Positions 30,023 to 40,471 are shown, numbered from the stretch's first letter. The stretch: 64,000 bases of DNA from an uncultured Spirochaetota bacterium (GCA_963835575.1 CAWIGG010000002.1:1312001-1376000), one strand, 5' to 3'. Made by a program: numbers and translations. Notes: generated by a model from the sequence alone, not told the origin.

Positions 30023-31807
30023 TCACAGGCCTTCATTGAGCTTCTTTATCAGTTCTGCGCCTATGCCATCTCCATTTGCCTCTTTTTTTAATATCTCTTC
30101 TATATTTTCCTTCGGCAAGGGCTTGCTTAAAATATAGCCCTGAATATTATCGCAGCTGCAGCGCTTTAAAATCTCAAATTGCTCCGCTGTCTCAACCCCC
30201 TCCGCAATGACTTCCATATTCAATCCATGGCCCATGGTTATGATGGAATTAACAATAATTGTGTCGGTATTGTTTTCTTGAATATTATCGATAAAGAATT
30301 TATCGATTTTTAATATATTACAGGGGATTTCTTTCAACCGGTTCAGGGAAGAAAAACCGGTCCCGAAATCATCGATGGATATCTGGAAGCCCATCGATAG
30401 CAATTCATTTAATTTCTGGTTCGTCGCTTTCATATCGTCCATAAATATGGATTCAGTCACTTCCAATTCTAATAATTTTGAGGGAATATGGTAAGATTCA
30501 ATAATTTTTGCAAAGTATTGTACAAAATCCGGTCTTTTGAATTGATTAATAGGCAGATTGATGGAAACGGGAAGGGGCACCAATTTTGCTTTCTCCCATT
30601 GACAAAACTGTCTGCACACATCATGGATCACCCAATCTGTAATAAAAGACATTAAGTGATGCTCCTCTGCGAAAGGAATAAAATCTATGGGAGGAATCAT
30701 ACGTTTTCCGCCTTGATTCCATCGTATGAGTGCCTCGAATCCGATTATTTTTCCCGATTTCAGGTTCATTTTAGGCTGATAGTTCAGCAGGAATTCATTC
30801 TTGTCTATGGCTTTCCTGATATTATTGCCCATATTAATTATTTCCAGCACATTTCTATTCATGGACTTCTGGTAGTATTGAAAGTTATTTTTACCCTGCT
30901 TTTTTGCGTAGTACATGGCATTATCCGCATATTTTAAAAGGGTATCGGCATCACTGGAATCTGCCGGACATAGAGAAATCCCAATACTTACACCGGAAAA
31001 AATCTCAAAATTCTCTATTAAAAAGGGTTCATTGAAAGACTGGATAATTCTATTGGCTACTATGGAGGCATCATCATAACTCTTGATTTCAGAAAGAGAT
31101 ACGGTAAATTCATCTCCTCCCTGCCTTGCGACAGTATCAATCAGTGTTTTTAAATTATTCCTGGCAATGATATCGCCCTTTCTAATGGCCGCATAAACTC
31201 GTTTTGCCACTTCTTTTAGAAACAAATCCCCTATATAATGTCCATGAGAATCATTGATTATCTTAAAATTATCAATATCAAGAAATAGAATTGCCATTAT
31301 CCTATCGTATCGAACCGCATGGGCTAAAGCAAAGTTCAATTGCTCCTTAAAAAATACCCGGTTGGGAAGATCTGTCACCTGATCATAATAAGCAAGGTAT
31401 AAAATCTGGTTTTCTATTTCTTTTTTCTCTATCGCGTACCGGATGGAACGCTCCAGTAGATCCGCTTCTATCTTGCCTTTTATCAAGAAATCGGAGACCC
31501 CTTTTTTCATAGCCATTAAATCTATTTCCCGATTATCCTGACCGGTTAAAATGATAATCGGGATAGCTTTGTTTTTTTCGGTCACCTCATTAATTAAATC
31601 AATGCCTGTTTTAGCTCCCAGATTATAATCAATCAGAAATAAATCATAGCCATCTTTTTGCATTTCGATTAAAGCACTTTCATAAGTTGAAACCCAATCA
31701 ATTGAATACTGCTGGTTTTTGATGTCCGACAGGATATTTTTAGTGATGATATAATCCTCTTCATCATCATCTACTAAAAGTAACTTGATTTTACTGTCTT
31801 TAATCAT
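30023..31807 (-). CDS. REC-GGDEF-EAL diguanylate cyclase/phosphodiesterase
   Basis: LLVDDDEED, ARQGGDEF, FEALIRW, DDFGTGFSSL, VIAEGVE; all motifs intact. Confidence 0.93.
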   Translation of the reverse strand: MIKDSKIKLLLVDDDEEDYIITKNILSDIKNQQYSIDWVSTYESALIEMQKDGYDLFLIDYNLGAKTGIDLINEVTEKNKAIPIIILTGQDNREIDLMAMKKGVSDFLIKGKIEADLLERSIRYAIEKKEIENQILYLAYYDQVTDLPNRVFFKEQLNFALAHAVRYDRIMAILFLDIDNFKIINDSHGHYIGDLFLKEVAKRVYAAIRKGDIIARNNLKTLIDTVARQGGDEFTVSLSEIKSYDDASIVANRIIQSFNEPFLIENFEIFSGVSIGISLCPADSSDADTLLKYADNAMYYAKKQGKNNFQYYQKSMNRNVLEIINMGNNIRKAIDKNEFLLNYQPKMNLKSGKIIGFEALIRWNQGGKRMIPPIDFIPFAEEHHLMSFITDWVIHDVCRQFCQWEKAKLVPLPVSINLPINQFKRPDFVQYFAKIIESYHIPSKLLELEVTESIFMDDMKATNQKLNELLSMGFQISIDDFGTGFSSLNRLKEIPCNILKIDKFFIDNIQENNTDTIIVNSIITMGHGLNMEVIAEGVETAEQFEILKRCSCDNIQGYILSKPLPKENIEEILKKEANGDGIGAELIKKLNEGL

Positions 31808-32093
31808 ATAATATCCTTTATAAATTTTTTTTATTGGTTTCCGGATCTTGCTTTCCCCGATCTGATCAATACCTGCGCGGATGGCTTTCCTGATGGCGTC
31901 CGCAGGCGTAGTCACGGTCACACCGATAAAGGTGGGTGGATAACCGATCCCGAGCCCGCTCTTTTTCTCTGCTATTATTTTCCGGGCCCTTTCAATTTTT
32001 CGAAAATACTCAAAATCAAAACACCCTTAACAAAGTTATTATCCGATATTTCCCAAATGACTTACAGTATTCTCCCTTTTGAGAGATTTTCTT

Positions 32094-32122
32094 ATTATAA
32101 AACCGCAAAATAACCTTGTCAA
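32094..32122 (-). promoter_or_regulatory. Perfect-consensus sigma70 promoter in the IS1380 right end, facing outward
   Basis: Minus strand TTGACA (32122-32117), 17 nt, TATAAT (32099-32094). Confidence 0.75.
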
Positions 32123-32264
32123 TGGCAATTTCAGGTTTTCTTTTTCATGAAATTCCTTCATAGTTTTTATAATATCAGATTTCGGGCAATTTTCTGATAA
32201 CCTTTTTACAAAAACCCGACAGTAATCCCTTGTATAAATTATCTTTTTTCTGTTTTTAATCTTG

Positions 32265-33617
32265 TTATTCGCCAACTCCAAAAAGGAGCCGTAGTCTGCC
32301 AATTCTTCCAAGAATAGCGGCGAACATCTCTTGCGAAACCGCAACTTCGGCCATCTGAAAGACTATATATCGGGCATGTCGTACGATTTTAGCGCCGATT
32401 TTGATCAGTTTCTCCCTGAGAGTTGTCATTGTCCAATGTCGCATTGACCTGGGTAATGCTGACTTTCGAAAGAAGTTCCCAAGATTGTAAGCAAGAACAA
32501 ATAACTGGAGCCGGACATGATTATCGATAAAGTCATGGCACGATAAACGTGTCCACTTTACCGCATTCTTGCCCTCCTTGATCCATTGTTCCGCTGTTCC
32601 TCTCATATTGTAAAAACGGACAACTTTCCTCTTTTTGGATCGAAGATTTGTTACAATAAATCCAACACGGGGGAATAGTTCCCCCTGGTGCCATTCAACT
32701 TTTGCTATTACCCGGCGATTCCGATTCCATACTGCAGCCTTGTACTGGAATTCATGATACCAGACAACTGGTGCATGTGATGGCCGTCCTACCGGCCTTG
32801 TCATGAGATGATCGATTTCACGATGCAGGACGTCATTGGCTGGCAAGCGGATCGCATACCTGAAGTGTTCTGATTCCAGGTACTCATAAATCTCCGGCTT
32901 GGCAAAGCCGGCATCACCCCTGAAGTAATGTGGAAACTTTCAATTACGATAACGGGAAACTATTGGTTCCAGTACTGTTTTCCAGTCCTTAGCGCTGTGT
33001 ACATTACCTTCCCTCAGCAGTGCAAACTCGACATCTCCAAACTGGTTGAAACAAAAAAGAGGATGATAACAAGTACATCCAAAATGTCCGTTATATGCTG
33101 TCCCATCCTGTCTGCCATAGGTTTCGCTTACAGAACTATCCATATCAAGAACAAGATATCTCATGGGAACCTGTTTTCTTAGCCTGTCAATCCATTGTCC
33201 TGAAAGATTCATAAGGGCTTTGCTGTTATCCGGAAGGGTTAGAACTTCAGTTTCAAACCTTCCCATCTGGCTTGTTGACGCTGCCGTATGTGTAAGCGCT
33301 CTTCCCCCGACAACCTGTCTCATAGCAGGATCAACGGAAAGCCGCTCTGCATCATTTGTGTCCTCATACCCCGCAAGCCTGCTGAATACTGATTGCCGTA
33401 ATTCAGCTGCCATAGTATGCTGTTTATTCTTCCCGATTCTGATATCTTTCAAACTGCTTGTTGCGATATCAGTCAATCCTAAAGCGTCATCAAGTTCACG
33501 GTAGGCAAGAAGGCCGACATCGGAAGTTATGGATGCACCATGAAATTCCAGCCTTAAACTTCTATCAAAATCAACCCTTAATGCCTGATATTGGCTTTCA
33601 CCCATTGAATTCCCCAC
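32265..33617 (-). pseudogene. IS1380 transposase interrupted by one in-frame TGA
   Basis: ...SRYRN*KFPHYFRGDAGF... The two listed ORFs share a frame. Confidence 0.88.
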
Positions 33618-33710
33618 TTTTTAAAGTTTTCAAGTAGCCTAATTCCTAACCTGACAAATGATTATGACATGATTCCTTTAAGAAAACAATATTTCATCTG
33701 GGAAATGTGG

Positions 33711-33735
33711 GCTAAGAGCTAAAGGCTGACAGCTA
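33711..33735 (-). repeat. TAGCnnn heptamer array, inverted relative to 17594-17628
   Basis: Plus strand GCTAAGA GCTAAAG GCTGACA GCTA. Confidence 0.6.
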
Positions 33736-33829
33736 GTGTAGTGTCTTACATATAATAGTACAATATAACATATTGCAATATAAAGAATAACGATTCTATT
33801 GATTGTACTCTCAAATCAGAGACACTACG

Positions 33830-34297
33830 CTAGTTTTCCCATCCGAAGGCAAAAGCTTCTGAAATGAGCATATTGAGGACATTATCACGGCCCTTCATAC
33901 TGTTTAAAAGCTTTAATTGAATATTCTCCTGAGCGATCTTATTTATGGCATAAACCGCTTTGGCGTATTTTTCGGCATGCCGGGATGAAGTGACCAGCAC
34001 CGCGATAAAATGGGTGTTTTTATTGTCAATCGGAACAGGCTCTTTCGGAATGCAGATGCCGATGACCAGTTCCTTTATATTTTCAACCCGGAAAGACATC
34101 AGAAAAACGCCGTCCTCAAGAAAAGCGCTCTGGTAAAGTTTATTTTCAGACATTTCTATAATGTCATTAAAATTCAAAATCTCTTTTTTATATCCGGCGG
34201 GCAATTTATCTAAAATCAATTCCACCGCTTCTTCTTTTTTATCCAGCTGACAATCTTTAATAATGATCATGTGCTTCATTAAATCCTGCGCTTTCAC
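33830..34297 (-). CDS. PTS EIIA-like domain protein
   Basis: KEEAVELIL..SAFLEDGVFL..LVIGICIPKEP..FIAVLVT. The phospho-His appears absent. Confidence 0.6.
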   Translation of the reverse strand: MKAQDLMKHMIIIKDCQLDKKEEAVELILDKLPAGYKKEILNFNDIIEMSENKLYQSAFLEDGVFLMSFRVENIKELVIGICIPKEPVPIDNKNTHFIAVLVTSSRHAEKYAKAVYAINKIAQENIQLKLLNSMKGRDNVLNMLISEAFAFGWEN

Positions 34298-34551
34298 TGA
34301 AATCCTCCCTTATTGGTTTATTTCAACCAGATACTTACTATTATCTTATGAAATAAAAAATATGGGTATACTTTACATCAAAATAATATTTCTTACAAAT
34401 TTGCGGGCAGTTCAAAAAAACAAGGATTTTGGAACAGCCTTAAAATGTATTGTAAATTTAAATAAATTGATTTATAATTTTAGGGTAGCTCTAAAAACCA
34501 ACAAAATATTAGAGAATTAAGAACATCTTATTCTCTAAGTACAATATTTTA

Positions 34552-34625
34552 GGCGTTTCCATCCCTCACCAGTTTGTAAGCTTCTTTGGTTTAGCTCGAC
34601 AAACTGGTGAGGGATTGGAACCGCC
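34552..34625. repeat. Long hairpin upstream of the YjbQ gene
   Basis: ATCCCTCACCAGTTTGT / ACAAACTGGTGAGGGAT. Confidence 0.7.
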
Positions 34626-34658
34626 CTTTATTAATAAATCGACTTCGGGCTGGAAAAT

Positions 34659-35078
34659 ATGAAATCATATAAAAAAGAATTGACTTTTAATACCCATGAT
34701 CGGACGGCCTTTATTAATATTACCGGCGATGTGGAAAAGGCCTTGAAAGAAAGCGGCGTCAGGGAAGGGCTTTGCCTGGTTAACGCCATGCATATCACGG
34801 CCAGCGTTTTCATCAATGATGATGAAAGCGGGCTTCATCAGGATTATGCCGCCTGGCTGGAACAGCTCGCACCGCATGAGCCTCTCGGCCGCTATAGACA
34901 CAACAGGACCGGCGAAGATAACGGCGATGCCCATTTAAAAAGGCAGGTGATGGGCAGGGAAGTTGTCATCGCTATTACGGAAGGAAGGCTTGATTTCGGG
35001 CCATGGGAACAGATCTTTTACGGCGAGTTCGACGGAAGGAGAAGAAAAAGGGTTTTAATAAAGATAATCGGGGATTAA
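34659..35078 (+). CDS. yjbQ: YjbQ/UPF0047 family protein
   Basis: [39 protein letters not shown]. Confidence 0.92.
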   Translation: MKSYKKELTFNTHDRTAFINITGDVEKALKESGVREGLCLVNAMHITASVFINDDESGLHQDYAAWLEQLAPHEPLGRYRHNRTGEDNGDAHLKRQVMGREVVIAITEGRLDFGPWEQIFYGEFDGRRRKRVLIKIIGD

Positions 35079-35161
35079 TAAAAGGCAGTTCCAAAACTTG
35101 TGGTGAGTTTATCGAACCAACCTAAAGTTTTTGGAACTGCCCTAAAATAACAGGATTGTTA

Positions 35162-35737
35162 ATGAAAGATGATTTCTATCAGAATCTTTCTGACGATGAG
35201 CTTTTTCAGCTTTTAAAAAATGACAAAATCGCCGAGAATGAATTTTACAAAAGATATAAAGTAAAAGTTAAAAACATATTACGTAGATATAAAATTCCGT
35301 CTCTTGAAAGAGAGGACCTTATTCAGGAAGGTATGATAGGTCTTTTCCAGGCCATAGAAAACTATGATAAAGACAGAGGCGTTAAATTCTCAACATACGC
35401 GAATGTCTGCATTAAAAACAGAATATTGAACGCCCTGAATTTATACTGGCAGCAGAGAAAGAATATTGATAAGGACCAGGATATTGAAGAGATCATATCG
35501 GTCAATAATCCCGAGAATGACACTCTGAATACGGAATATTCCGAGATGATGAAAAAGGGCGTCCGGCATCTGTCGGAATTGGAACAGGAAATACTGGAAA
35601 TGTATCTCGATCATCAGAGTTATAAAACAATCGCATCAGAGCTTGAAATTTCGCCTAAAAAAGTAGATAATATTCTTGTAAAGATAAAAGTAAAACTGGG
35701 GGATTATATAAGACAGATAACAATGGATGCAAAATAA
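35162..35737 (+). CDS. Sigma-70-family sigma factor (SigH-like)
   Basis: EDLIQEGMIGLFQAI..YD..KFSTYA..CI.N and a C-terminal HTH (SYKTIA..KKVDN). Confidence 0.88.
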   Translation: MKDDFYQNLSDDELFQLLKNDKIAENEFYKRYKVKVKNILRRYKIPSLEREDLIQEGMIGLFQAIENYDKDRGVKFSTYANVCIKNRILNALNLYWQQRKNIDKDQDIEEIISVNNPENDTLNTEYSEMMKKGVRHLSELEQEILEMYLDHQSYKTIASELEISPKKVDNILVKIKVKLGDYIRQITMDAK

Positions 35738-35760
35738 AAAGTGTTAATGGAGTGTAAAAG

Positions 35761-36063
35761 ATGAAATTAAGTATCCGTTCTTTTGGAGGGGCTTGCGCCG
35801 TAATGGCGGGCTTTGTCACACTGATAATAGGATTATGGTACAGCCTTACAGGTTACGGAAGCCAGATTATGGAAATTCTTTCGGCTTTTTATGCCAATAT
35901 CATTCATTTTTCCTTTAATCCGCTCTCTTCAATCTGGAAAAATCTGGGTTCCAATATCCTCTCTGTTCTGCTTCTCTTCATTTTTTCTATGATAGACGGC
36001 TTTATACTGGGTGCCGTATTCAGCTTTGTTTACAATTTATTCATAGCCAGAGAGAAGCAGTAG
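35761..36063 (+). CDS. Small membrane protein
   Basis: Two hydrophobic segments; FSMIDGFILGAVFSFVYN. Confidence 0.7.
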   Translation: MKLSIRSFGGACAVMAGFVTLIIGLWYSLTGYGSQIMEILSAFYANIIHFSFNPLSSIWKNLGSNILSVLLLFIFSMIDGFILGAVFSFVYNLFIAREKQ

Positions 36064-36073
36064 GACCGAGGCA

Positions 36074-36865
36074 ATGGACAGGGTATCCGGATTTTTTGCC
36101 GGTATATTGAACTCCTTTAAACAAAAGTTTAAATACTACGGCGGCCTTGCCGCTCTTATCTTTTATTCTACCAGCAATTATTTTCTCGATAAGAGAGGAA
36201 GGGCCAGGATCAACAGGATCATTATCCTTCAGATCTATTTTACCGGCAATCAGGCTTTGAAAATCATCAGCCTTGTCGCTTTATCGCTGGGCATTGTCAC
36301 GGTCATTCAGTCGTATTATATATTGAGCAACTATGGGGTTTTGAAGCAGGTCGGGGATATCCTCAATATCGTCATCATCAGGGAGCTGGGACCGATATTT
36401 ACGGCTTTTATCATCCTCAGCCGGTCCGCTACGGCCATCGCGGCCGAGATCGGCACCATGATGGTCAATGATGAGATCAACGCCCTGGAAATGCTGGGGA
36501 TCAACGCGCTGAAATTCATCGTATTCCCAAGGATTGCGGGAATGGTTATCGCCAGCGTTCTATTGACAATTTACTTTAACGCCATCAGCCTGATCGGGGG
36601 ATTTATAGTCGGCAATATCATCGGCGGTATTTCTTTTGATACATTCCTCAATTTTGTGATTAATTCGATCACGCTGCTGGATCTTTTAACCAGCATAATC
36701 AAAAGCGCCATATTCGGGTTGTTTATATCCTCCATCGCCATATATCATGGATTTCAGGCTTTTACATCGACTCAGATACCGCAGGTAACGACAAGGTCCG
36801 TTGTGAGCTCTATTTTCGCCCTGTTTTTTATAGATATTCTCATGACGCTTGTTTTTTATTTATAG
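36074..36865 (+). CDS. mlaE: MlaE-family ABC permease
   Basis: IRELGP, RSATAIAAEIGTM, PRIAG. Confidence 0.9.
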   Translation: MDRVSGFFAGILNSFKQKFKYYGGLAALIFYSTSNYFLDKRGRARINRIIILQIYFTGNQALKIISLVALSLGIVTVIQSYYILSNYGVLKQVGDILNIVIIRELGPIFTAFIILSRSATAIAAEIGTMMVNDEINALEMLGINALKFIVFPRIAGMVIASVLLTIYFNAISLIGGFIVGNIIGGISFDTFLNFVINSITLLDLLTSIIKSAIFGLFISSIAIYHGFQAFTSTQIPQVTTRSVVSSIFALFFIDILMTLVFYL

Positions 36866-36872
36866 GGGATTT

Positions 36873-37598
36873 ATGGGTAGTATATATATTAAGGATGTCA
36901 CGCTTCAATTTGATAAAACAGTTGTAATCAATAGTTTAACCGAAAGGATATCCGACGGGGAAGTCTGTGCCGTACTGGGCCTCTCCGGGAGCGGAAAAAC
37001 ATCGCTTTTAAAGATCGCCACCGGCCTCACGCTGGTTAATTCGGGGGAAGTGGAAGTGAACGGGAAGAATATTTATAAATATTCACAGCGTCAGATGCTG
37101 GAATATCACAAGAATTGCGGTTTTGTATTTCAGAATTCGGCGCTGATCAGCAATATGAGCATATACGAGAATTTATCGCTTTACTATAACTATCATACCA
37201 ATATGAGTGAAAAGGAAATTTATGAAAAGATTAAAAAATACCTTGATTATGTCGGATTTAAGGATGACCTTTCCCAGAGGCCGGGCATCCTGAGCACCGG
37301 CGAAAAAATGCTGGTAAATATCGTCCGCGCGGTATCTCATTAGCCCGAGTTTTTGTTCTGGGACAGCCCGCTATCGAACCTCGATTTATATTATCAGAAA
37401 AAAGTTAAAAATATAATTTCTGATTTCAGGAAAGAAAAAAAGACCATGATTATAGTGACCGGTGATTTTGATTTTGCTTCGTCGGTTGCCGATAAAATAG
37501 GCATCCTCCATAAAGGCCGGATTATAGAAAGCGGTACTCCTGAAGAGATCAGGAACTCAAAAGATGATGCGGTAAAAGAATTTTTATTAAAAGAATAG
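36873..37598 (+). pseudogene. mlaF: MlaF-like ABC ATPase with an in-frame TAG at 37341
   Basis: GLSGSGKT, GFVFQNSAL, then VSH*PEFLFWDSPLSNLD continuing in the same frame. Confidence 0.8.
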
Positions 37599-37607
37599 GA
37601 GGGGATT

Positions 37608-38456
37608 ATGCCCTTCACATTTAAAAGCGCCCAGAAAGCGGTAGCGGCTTTTCTTCTCATCGGGGTATTTTTATTCATAGCCGTTCTTATACTGATTGGA
37701 AAAGGAAGCGATCTATTTACAATTAAGGATTATTATATAACCGAGTTTGATGAAGGCTACGGCCTCGCCAGCGGCAGCGCCATACGGTATAAAAGCATTG
37801 TCATAGGAAAAGTGAGAGACTTAAAGCTCACATCCGAGGATGTGATCCGGGTAACGGTCTGGTTCAATTCCGAATACCGTTATCTCATCAAGCAGGACAG
37901 TGTTTTGAAGGTGCAGTCATCGATCATCGGAACTTCCTACCTGATACTTGTGCCGTCCATCGATCCCAAATCAATGCCGCTTCTGCCGGGCTCGCTCATT
38001 CTCTCTTCAGATATGCCGGAAGGCCGCCGCCTGATGGAAAAACTTGCCGGATTGACCCCTGTCAAGAAGGACGATTTGAACGCCATGGCCCAGAAAATAC
38101 TGGGTAATATTGACAGGCTGGAACCGGTTATTAACAGCTCCATGTACAATCTTAAATCCATAACGGCCGAAGTACGCGATATACTTTCGAATATCAATTC
38201 GGAAGACACATCGATCGGGGCGATATTAAAAGACAAAAAGGGATTATACAACAAAATCGACAGCATGATGGCCTCTCTGGATTCCGTATTAAAAAGCGTA
38301 AAAACCGCGACAGACAGGCCGGAAGACCTGAGGAGCATTGTTATTCTGCTAAGGGAAAATCTTGTCGAGCTCAAGAGCACATTGAGCGGGGTTAAAAACC
38401 TTGTAGGCGGCAGCAAGGAGCTTGAAACAACCATTAAGGCGGGGGAACGTTTCTGA
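37608..38456 (+). CDS. mlaD: MlaD/MCE-domain protein
   Basis: N-terminal TM, GLASGSAIRYKSIVIGKV, SIIGTSYL. Confidence 0.88.
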   Translation: MPFTFKSAQKAVAAFLLIGVFLFIAVLILIGKGSDLFTIKDYYITEFDEGYGLASGSAIRYKSIVIGKVRDLKLTSEDVIRVTVWFNSEYRYLIKQDSVLKVQSSIIGTSYLILVPSIDPKSMPLLPGSLILSSDMPEGRRLMEKLAGLTPVKKDDLNAMAQKILGNIDRLEPVINSSMYNLKSITAEVRDILSNINSEDTSIGAILKDKKGLYNKIDSMMASLDSVLKSVKTATDRPEDLRSIVILLRENLVELKSTLSGVKNLVGGSKELETTIKAGERF

Positions 38457-39316
38457 TGAAATTTATTATATTTTTGATCCTGACAATAGTGATACTTTTT
38501 TCATGCGCTCAGCAGGTAAAGAATCCGTCCATACGCGAAACGGTCAAAAAGAGTATCTCAGAGAGCATATCTCTCGGCGTGAAAGAATATAAATCAGGCA
38601 ATCTGCAGTCCGCCAAAGGCTTTTTTCTCGAAGCTCTGAAAGAGGCGTACAGCATCGACAATACGGAAGAAATCATCAATATAGAACAGAATCTGGCGAT
38701 AACTACTTTACGCTCGACCAATCTCTCAGAGGCATCCAATTATATCTTTTCAGCAAAATTCATTGCTGAAAAAGAGAATATTACTCTTTATAATTACATT
38801 ATTTACCTTACGATTGGGAAATACTATGACAGGACCGCAGATACGCCGGATGATTTTGAAACAGCCATCAGCTGGTACCAGAAAGCGGCCACGGCCGCGA
38901 AAGATGACGAAGACAGGGCAAGCGCCTACAATAACATCGGCGTCACTAAAAGAAAGCAGAAAAAACTTGATGAGGCCGTCCGCTGGCTGGATCAGGCCAG
39001 GCGGATCAATGAGGGCGAAAAGAACTATGCCGCATTGGGAGATAATTACTATTATCTCGGCCAGACATATGAAGATCAAGGTCTGTTGAGTGAGTCGCTT
39101 AAAAACTATTTATCCGCCTTGAATTATGATAAAATAGCCGAAAAAAGCGTCTCCATCCTGGATGATTTAAAAAGAATCGCGCAAATTTATTCACGAATGA
39201 GCAAATTTGATGAAGCGCTTTATTATTATAAAAAAGCGCTGAATACGGCCCAGAGCATTGACAGAACACAGGATATCCAGTCATTGCAGAATACAATCAA
39301 TTCAATGCAGAAATGA
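38456..39316 (+). CDS. TPR-repeat lipoprotein
   Basis: Lipobox LFSC; TPR patterns AYNNIG and YYYLG. Confidence 0.8.
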   Translation: MKFIIFLILTIVILFSCAQQVKNPSIRETVKKSISESISLGVKEYKSGNLQSAKGFFLEALKEAYSIDNTEEIINIEQNLAITTLRSTNLSEASNYIFSAKFIAEKENITLYNYIIYLTIGKYYDRTADTPDDFETAISWYQKAATAAKDDEDRASAYNNIGVTKRKQKKLDEAVRWLDQARRINEGEKNYAALGDNYYYLGQTYEDQGLLSESLKNYLSALNYDKIAEKSVSILDDLKRIAQIYSRMSKFDEALYYYKKALNTAQSIDRTQDIQSLQNTINSMQK

Positions 39317-39741
39317 AAACGGACAGGATTATGGAAAAATCAACGGGCAGTGTAAATAAAGACATAAAACCGTCTATTACTCTTTTCAATACCGATCCCG
39401 CTGTATTATTAAAAGAAATGGTCATAAAGCCAGTTCTGGCCTCGGGACCGGGCGGCCAGCATATCAACAAGACCTCATCCGCCATTCAGGTATTCCATCC
39501 GCAATCCGGGATCCGCTTCCGCGTGCAGGACTCCCGCAGCCAGTTCATGAACAGGGAGACCGCGGTTGAACGGCTGAGTATGAAGCTTAAAAAACTTAAT
39601 GAAAAAAACAAACGTAAAATTGAAGAAGAGAAGAGGAAAAACAAGGTCGGTAAAAAACCCCGCCGCGTCAAGGAAAGGATCCTGAGGGAAAAACATAAAA
39701 AATCAGAAAAGAAAAAAGAAAGGAAATTTTCTGATGAATAA
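39313..39741 (+). CDS. RF-1 domain peptidyl-tRNA hydrolase (ArfB-like)
   Basis: ASGPGGQHINKTSSA, SRSQ..NR and a basic tail. Confidence 0.85.
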   Translation: MKTDRIMEKSTGSVNKDIKPSITLFNTDPAVLLKEMVIKPVLASGPGGQHINKTSSAIQVFHPQSGIRFRVQDSRSQFMNRETAVERLSMKLKKLNEKNKRKIEEEKRKNKVGKKPRRVKERILREKHKKSEKKKERKFSDE

Positions 39742-39800
39742 TAATTAAATATTTATATACAGTTAATTTAGGTAAAAAAATTAAATACAAGGTTTCTTTC

Positions 39801-39865
39801 TCACGCAAAGGCGCAAAACTCACAAAGAATTTTTCACCTTTGCGGACTTTGCGCCTTTGCGTGAA
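39801..39865. repeat. 9-bp-period hairpin repeat
   Basis: TCACGCAAAGGCGCAAA...TTTGCGCCTTTGCGTGA. Confidence 0.7.
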
Positions 39866-39867
39866 AT

Positions 39868-40305
39868 TTACCTTACCGGCCTGTCATGCCTGATTTCCAG
39901 CCAGTCTTCAGGCCTGCCGAGCGGTTTAAATCCGACTTTCTTATAAACTTCATGCGCGTCCTTTGTGATGAGCATCCATTGGTAAACATCGCTCAATTCT
40001 TTATGATTTAATATATATTTCATCATACTCTGCCCTATTCCTTTCTTTCTGTGTTTTTCATCGACATAGACATCCAGAATATATGCGAACCTCGTTTTAT
40101 CCGATATGACCCGCGCGTAGGCGATCTGGGTTCCTTCGGGAAGAAACGCGCCCAGGACAAGGGCCGAGTTTTTTGCCCCTTTTTCCACTTCTTCCCGGCT
40201 TATGCCCTTGCACCAGTAAGCCTGAGATAACATTGCAGCCGCTTCGCTGAAATTCATGCTTTCAAAGCCGTCTTTGATGATAAATTTAAATAATTTTTGC
40301 ATTTT
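39868..40305 (-). CDS. GNAT-family N-acetyltransferase
   Basis: ARVISD..FAYILDVYV..HRKKGIG..TKDAH..Y.K.GF. Start uncertain. Confidence 0.85.
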   Translation of the reverse strand, partial: KMQKLFKFIIKDGFESMNFSEAAAMLSQAYWCKGISREEVEKGAKNSALVLGAFLPEGTQIAYARVISDKTRFAYILDVYVDEKHRKKGIGQSMMKYILNHKELSDVYQWMLITKDAHEVYKKVGFKPLGRPEDWLEIRHDRPVR

Positions 40306-40327
40306 AACCGCCTTAAATTTAATAACA

Positions 40328-40471
40328 GTCATTGCGAGTCAAAGACCCGAAGTTTGCCGATATACCATGATACGAAGCAATCTGTCTATACATTAAGGTT
40401 CATAAATTATTAAAGAGATTGCCTCAGATTAAAGCCACCGTCAAAGCAGACATTCCTTTCCTCACAATGAC
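40328..40471. repeat. Palindromic REP/RPE-like element, copy 3 (degenerate)
   Basis: GTCATTGCGAG..CGAAGCAATCT..GAGATTGC..CTCACAATGAC. Confidence 0.7.

Larger units (their letters stand above)
32043..33711 (-). mobile_element. IS1380-family element
   Basis: IRs CCCACATTTCCCAGATG (33711) and CCGATATTTCCCAAATG (32043). Confidence 0.9.

Noticed and set aside
31808..31921. Extended starts in the ORF track (31921; also 16853, 26278, 46432, 8420)
   Set aside because: Downstream ATGs fit domain starts and RBS or promoter positions better.
32039..32344. 101-aa ORF in the IS1380 end
   Set aside because: It overlaps the transposase end, promoter and IR, and has no motif.
32940..32942. TGA recoding or selenocysteine in the IS1380 transposase
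   Set aside because: The position aligns to Gln in the paralogue, not Cys or Trp, and TGA is a normal stop elsewhere. A simple nonsense mutation is more likely.
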